The notes beneath the pieces were generated by a model that worked only from the letters and a program-made list of their open reading frames with translations, had not been told where the DNA came from and searched no databases. A stretch of 50,664 bases of DNA from a virus (lineage: Duplodnaviria; Heunggongvirae; Uroviricota; Caudoviricetes). Below, piece after piece: positions 45,827-50,664 of the stretch. The stretch's first letter is position 1; the number at the start of each line of letters is the position of its first letter. A program made the position numbers and the translations under genes. The stretch is taken from positions 138,826 to 189,489 of IMG/VR virus record IMGVR_UViG_3300025162_000019; one strand, given 5' to 3'.

Positions 45827-47782
45827 TCACTCCTTGCGCAAAATTTCTCCAACGAAACTTAACAGGATTTTGGCACATTCCTCACAATAGCCATTCTTCT
45901 TCAATCGTTCAATAACAGTAGTCCTACGAGCTTTAGACTTCAAATCTGTACTAGACTTGTCTGCGATTGTCAAACTTACAACATTCTTCAAATCGGACAT
46001 AAGTTTCTTCTCAATAGCTGTTCTCAACGGGTCATAGTCTTTGAAAGTAAACTCCTTACCTCTTTCAAGCTGAGAAGATTTATACACGAAAATACCCTGT
46101 CTAAACTCTGTCTTAGCATTTACTGGAACACTGATAAACTCTTCAATCTGCCTCATCAACTTTTCATCAGGGTCGGAATACTCGCCGGTAATAGAATCCA
46201 TTACCTTCTCTTTCTTACAATAAGCCGAAGCGTTTAACAAATAGTTATCAAACAAAGATTGTGCCTGCTCTTCATATGCCGACATAAAAGACATATTTAC
46301 TTCTTTCTTTGCAATCTCTTTATACTCAGAGCTTACAGACTCTTTTTCAGAAAGTAAAAGATTAATAAAACGCTTCCTATCTTCTTCAGAAATACCAATG
46401 TGATGATCAAAGTTGGACTTCAAACCTCTAATAATATCAATAGGATTAATACATTTCTTATCCTCTTTCATACCAAGAGAAATGTTAATGGCGTTAATAA
46501 TAAATCTCGGAGAAATACCACTCATGCCTTCACCCTTCTCACGGCCTTCCTGTAGAAGTTGTTTAACATCAAGATTCTGCTTCCTCATTTCTTCAGTAAT
46601 CTCACCATTATAAATCTTCATCTTATCCAATAGAGAGTTTACCTTAGCTGTGGGAATAAGGCGAGAAAGAATAGCAAACTGTGCCGCAACCCTTAATGTA
46701 TTAGGTGCGATATGAATACCTCTAAAAGAAGATTCACCAATCATCTTTTCATAAATCTTAACCTCATCATCAATTTTAAGATTCCAAGGAACCATTACAG
46801 GATACATTCTATCATGTAGTGCTTCATTCTTCTTATCAGACTTAAATGTATCAAACTCTGTCTGGTTAGTATGACTCAAAACCAAAGTATCAATATACAT
46901 CTGAGGAAAGCCTGGTGTTTTAATAAGTTGTTCCTGTGCTACTGTAATAAATACATACAGAAGTTTAGTATCAACTTTAATCATTTCAATCATTTCAATC
47001 ATACCACCATTAGCTACCTGCAACTCACCATTAAACTGATATGCTCTTGGGTCTGTTTCACCATAACGAGTAATCTTAGAAAGATTTACTCTACCAATAA
47101 GTTCGGAAATATCCTGACTCTTAGGATCGGAAGGTGAAAATGTTGCAATACCAACACGGTCATGCTCAGATAATGCAATCTTCTCTACCAAAACATTTTC
47201 CCATTGTACATTGCCATCTTCAGACATATAGTTTGCTTCAATATTCTGTTTGCATACAGGACATAATGTTCCTTCAATCTGAACACCTAGTTCCTTTTCC
47301 CAATATGGCCTATCAACTTCAGGAATCAAATGTAATGGTTCCTCATGAATTGGGCAATCCTTAATTGCGTACTTAGGTGTCTTATCTCTTTCCAAACCCT
47401 TTTTAATCAAGGAAGCGATTGTTGATTTACCAGAACTAACTGGGCCAACCATGATCAAAATACGTTTTCCTGTTTCTGTTCTATGAGAGGCTGCTTTCAA
47501 GAAACGCATCAAATCATGAATAGGCTCAAGAGTACCATAAATCTTCTTATCAAAAAACTTATAACGAACCAAATCTTCATAACTTCTTGTCTTGAATGCA
47601 TCATCAACAGGTTCTGTGCCATAAGACATGATCATATTATAAATACGACCCGGCGCAAATTGTGCGATATAAGGATTTTCTTTTACAAAATTAAAGTAAT
47701 CAAGACAAGTGCCTTCCCATTTATTGTTTTCCTTTTTACTTCTCTGCTCAAGAATCACATTCCTAAAATCAACATTATTCAT
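45827..47782 (-). CDS. prkA: PrkA/YeaG AAA+ serine kinase (about 651 aa)
   Basis: GPVSSGKST, CPIHEEPLHLIP, FSPSDPKSQDISEL, DPRAYQFNGEL, GEGMSGISPRF, GYCEECA; start at MNNVDF (AAGGAG SD). Confidence 0.96.
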   Translation of the reverse strand: MNNVDFRNVILEQRSKKENNKWEGTCLDYFNFVKENPYIAQFAPGRIYNMIMSYGTEPVDDAFKTRSYEDLVRYKFFDKKIYGTLEPIHDLMRFLKAASHRTETGKRILIMVGPVSSGKSTIASLIKKGLERDKTPKYAIKDCPIHEEPLHLIPEVDRPYWEKELGVQIEGTLCPVCKQNIEANYMSEDGNVQWENVLVEKIALSEHDRVGIATFSPSDPKSQDISELIGRVNLSKITRYGETDPRAYQFNGELQVANGGMIEMIEMIKVDTKLLYVFITVAQEQLIKTPGFPQMYIDTLVLSHTNQTEFDTFKSDKKNEALHDRMYPVMVPWNLKIDDEVKIYEKMIGESSFRGIHIAPNTLRVAAQFAILSRLIPTAKVNSLLDKMKIYNGEITEEMRKQNLDVKQLLQEGREKGEGMSGISPRFIINAINISLGMKEDKKCINPIDIIRGLKSNFDHHIGISEEDRKRFINLLLSEKESVSSEYKEIAKKEVNMSFMSAYEEQAQSLFDNYLLNASAYCKKEKVMDSITGEYSDPDEKLMRQIEEFISVPVNAKTEFRQGIFVYKSSQLERGKEFTFKDYDPLRTAIEKKLMSDLKNVVSLTIADKSSTDLKSKARRTTVIERLKKNGYCEECAKILLSFVGEILRKE

Positions 47783-48248
47783 CTTTCTCTCCTTCAATTA
47801 GTTTAGCATCTATTAATTTTTTATCAACTTTTAACATTCTTAATATTGTTTCTCTATCTGTTACAATAATATTTTGATTTCTCACACCAGTATTCTTATC
47901 TAAGATTTTTAATTTCACTAGTGTTTCTTTTTCTTTTAATTCTAACATTTTTTCTTTCAAAAGTAAATCACAATTTTGCGTATTTTTTTTATTTATAATT
48001 TCAACCGCCGAATTAATATTTGCTACCATATAACTGGCAACTTCTACTAATCGTGCAGAGAACCCGCCTGAACCCATTTCAGATAATATTTGATCTAATA
48101 TCTGATTAGCCTTTGATATATTTTTTTCCATTATATCATTTGGATTATTCACATCTACATCATTTGTTTGTGGTATACTATCATCAGGATTAAGTCTAAA
48201 ATCCATACCAAACTCATCTGCTAAATTCTCTCTATCTAAATCAGGCAT
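47775..48248 (-). CDS. gp16: putative gp16 terminase small subunit
   Basis: 157 aa; SARLVEVASYM helical core and C-terminal NQNIIVTDRETILRML resemble T4-like gp16; upstream of gp17 module. Confidence 0.6.
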   Translation of the reverse strand: MPDLDRENLADEFGMDFRLNPDDSIPQTNDVDVNNPNDIMEKNISKANQILDQILSEMGSGGFSARLVEVASYMVANINSAVEIINKKNTQNCDLLLKEKMLELKEKETLVKLKILDKNTGVRNQNIIVTDRETILRMLKVDKKLIDAKLIEGEKDE

Positions 48249-48943
48249 CTTACACCTATTAACTCATTTATTTTGTTTAAACAACATAACTTATCATTAT
48301 ACCAATCTTTATCTTCTATAACTAATAAATTAATACCCTTTTGTATGCATTGCTTTTGTTTCATTTCATCATACCATTTAGTTGTATCGTTTGAATGCCA
48401 CCATGTTCCATTAAACTCTATTGCTTTAGAAAGTTCAGGTAAAAATATATCTAATTCAAGATTTTTACCAGTCCAAAAGTTCTTAATTTGTGTTCTGTCA
48501 TTTTCTACAACATCACCAGAATAATTCTCTTTAACATATTCAGCAATTTCCTTTTCTGGCTTAGACCATTTTAATACTGACGAACATTCAGGGCATCTTC
48601 TCCCTTGTTGAAAATGATTATATGATGCTTTATATATATGGTTTTCTGAACATTGCAATTCTAATTTATCTTTACTACTTTTATAAATAGTTGATAATAA
48701 TTTATATCCATTACATTCTATATATTCTTTAACACTTTTATATTCTAAATATTTACTATTACTATAACATTCAGGGCATCTATTTCCTCTTTGAAAATTA
48801 TTATATCTCATTTCAAATACATGACCGACAGAACATAATATTCTTAATTTAGTCAAAGCATTTTTATATTCTGTTGATAAAAGTTTATACTTATAACTTT
48901 CAATATCTTTTTTAACATAATCTATTAAATGCTTTCTATTCAC
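48236..48943 (-). mobile_element. free-standing putative homing endonuclease: 2 Zn-finger modules plus PD-(D/E)XK/DUF559-like nuclease
   Basis: Same family as 33124 and 42800; LELDIFLPELSKAIEFNGTWWH. Confidence 0.8.
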
Positions 48944-48968
48944 TTTATTACCTCTTTATTATGTTTGT

Positions 48969-48997
48969 ATTATACCTTATATTTATACAAATGTCAA
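48969..48997 (-). promoter_or_regulatory. consensus sigma70-type promoter with a late promoter (TATAAATA, 48980-87) nested in its spacer
   Basis: TTGACA (48997-92), 17 bp, TATAAT (48974-69). Confidence 0.75.
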
Positions 48998-49001
48998 GTA
49001 T

Positions 49002-50417
49002 TTATTTCATTACAAATTTTATATTACCACAATCATAGATTCTATCCCAACCTTGTTCTTGCATTATATCCCATTCAGTTTGAGTATCTTGTGTAGCTAA
49101 ATGCCTTATCTTATCTTTCCTAAAATTAAAACGATGTATTCTCTTTAGCACATCATACTTAAAATACCAATAATTAGGTTCAGTTAAACTCACTTGTGTA
49201 AATCCAATTTTAGAATACACATTACCTTCCGACCACCGCCTATCAGCATATGAATAAATTTCAACCCAACAATAATTTCTCTTAAAAAATTCTAATAACT
49301 TACCAGCAATGCCTATTATACTTTTAGATGTACAAAATCTACTTAATTCCCATACACCATCGACATTTTTAGACCCTTTTGATATATTACCTCTAGCAAA
49401 AGTCATTACAGAAACAAGTTCATCATTATAGTATGCACCTAATTTTATAGATGATGGTGTATAACCCTGTATATGGTATAATTCAATAAAAGACTTTGCT
49501 ATAGTTGTTTCTATTTCTCTTATAATGCACTTCCTTGCGTAAAGTTTTTCATCTGATAAACCTATTATATGCTTTAATCTGTCCTTTACAATATCATTTT
49601 TAAATAACCATTCATCTTCAAAAATAGTTATTAATCTATATCCCTGTTCATTACATAGTTCCAATTTTTTAAGATGATATTTTTTATCTGGCTTCTTTAA
49701 ATTACCATGCCAATATAAACCACAATATTCTATAGCGATTTTTTTATCTGGTATTACTATATCTAGTTCTAAAGGTCTTATTATTTTTCTATCATTACAT
49801 ATAATACTTAAATTAAAAGTTTGTATATATTCTAATATTTCTTTTTCAGCATTAGAAATTGACATAGAGCATTCATAACATCTATGCCCCTGCTTAAAAT
49901 CATTCCAAATCTGCCATCTATCATGCCCATTATTACAAATATATCTAACTTTAAAATTTTCACCTTTTATATTTCCACTTTTTTCTATATATTCATAATC
50001 AGCATCTTTTAAAGCATTTATAATATCATTTTCTTTTGTAGATGAACTAATGGACTTTTTTAATCTCGTATCTTCATTTTTCATGGGGTTATTAATACTT
50101 AAATTTAATTTTCTTTCTATATTACCAGACCATGATTTTTTTGTAGCGGACGAAATTTTTTCACTCATACTTTCTCTATATTCATTATCAGCCCATCGCA
50201 ACTTAGATGAGATAGATTGTTTTTCTTTTACATCTTCTCTATTAGCTGTATGTCTGTTTCTACATGGCCTGCAAAAATGGCCATCATTCTGTTTTAAATA
50301 TATTCTATACTGCTGTTGAACTTCAATACCACAAATATCGCAGTTAAAAATAATTTCCTTATGACTCCCACTCTTTAATAAAGATACATCACCATTGTCT
50401 ACTCTTCTTATTAGCAT
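49002..50417 (-). mobile_element. multidomain endonuclease-like protein: Zn ribbons, DUF559-like nuclease and Hef-like C-terminal domain
   Basis: CDIC..FCRPC, CNNGH..RCYEC, ELDIVIPDKKIAIEYCGLYWH, CIIREI..YHIQGY..WELSRFC..YADRRWSEGNVY..IYDCG. Confidence 0.75.
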
Positions 50418-50664
50418 ATAAATTTTTTAATCTCCTCTAAACAGTTTTCTTTATTATTAATCCAATCTCGTTCATTTATTATAAATAAATCAATTTTCTT
50501 TTTTATACATTGTTTCTTCTTCATTTCGTCATACCATTTTGACTTATCACTAGAATGCCAATATTCACCATTAAATTCTATTGCTTTTCTTACATCAGGT
50601 AAAAATATATCCAATTCAAGATGTCTACCAGACCAATAATTTTTACATATGGTTCTGTTATTTT
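50411..50664 (-). mobile_element. 3' end of another Zn-finger-family endonuclease, truncated by the window edge
   Basis: Frame is open to the window end (NNRTICKNYWSGRHLELDIFLPDVRKAIEFNGEYWH); the ORF-track start at 50614 is an internal TTG. Confidence 0.85.

Noticed and set aside
405-50319. All plus-strand ORFs in the track (e.g. 405..698, 28922..29413, 44701..45096, 47483..47806)
   Set aside because: Antisense shadows of well-supported minus-strand genes, with no recognisable motifs
1-50664. Stop-codon reassignment as seen in some large phages
   Set aside because: Genes are full length and densely packed under the standard code, and TAG and TGA are used as real stops

Overview
A 50.7-kb, very AT-rich segment of a large T4-like (contractile-tailed) phage genome. 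Every credible gene is on the minus strand and the standard genetic code fits. In transcription order (high to low coordinates) it contains: Zn-finger/PD-(D/E)XK-type free-standing endonucleases; a putative small terminase (gp16); a prkA(yeaG)-yeaH-spoVR operon with an endonuclease at each internal junction; large terminase (gp17); neck and tail genes (gp13, gp14, gp15, gp3, gp18 and three gp19-like paralogs); gp26/gp51-like hub-assembly genes joined by a candidate -1 frameshift; two tape-measure-like proteins, one with a GH19-like lysozyme; baseplate genes (gp48-like, gp53, gp27-like, gp5, gp25, two gp6 paralogs each with an inserted RCC1 propeller, gp7-like); late sigma gp55; gp47 and gp46 split by a sugar epimerase and a metallopeptidase; uvsX; and an accessory operon. 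In that operon a consensus sigma70 promoter drives three tandem, covarying structured RNAs (Y-RNA/Yrl-like), then a Ro60/TROVE gene and a possible GT-B glycosyltransferase. The most striking items are the Ro60 plus Y-like RNA array, the PrkA-YeaH-SpoVR module lying between the terminase genes and using a nearly identical promoter (26/29 nt), and the duplicated RCC1-bearing gp6. All family assignments come from motif recognition by eye; no database searches or folding programs were run, and the host cannot be determined from this window.
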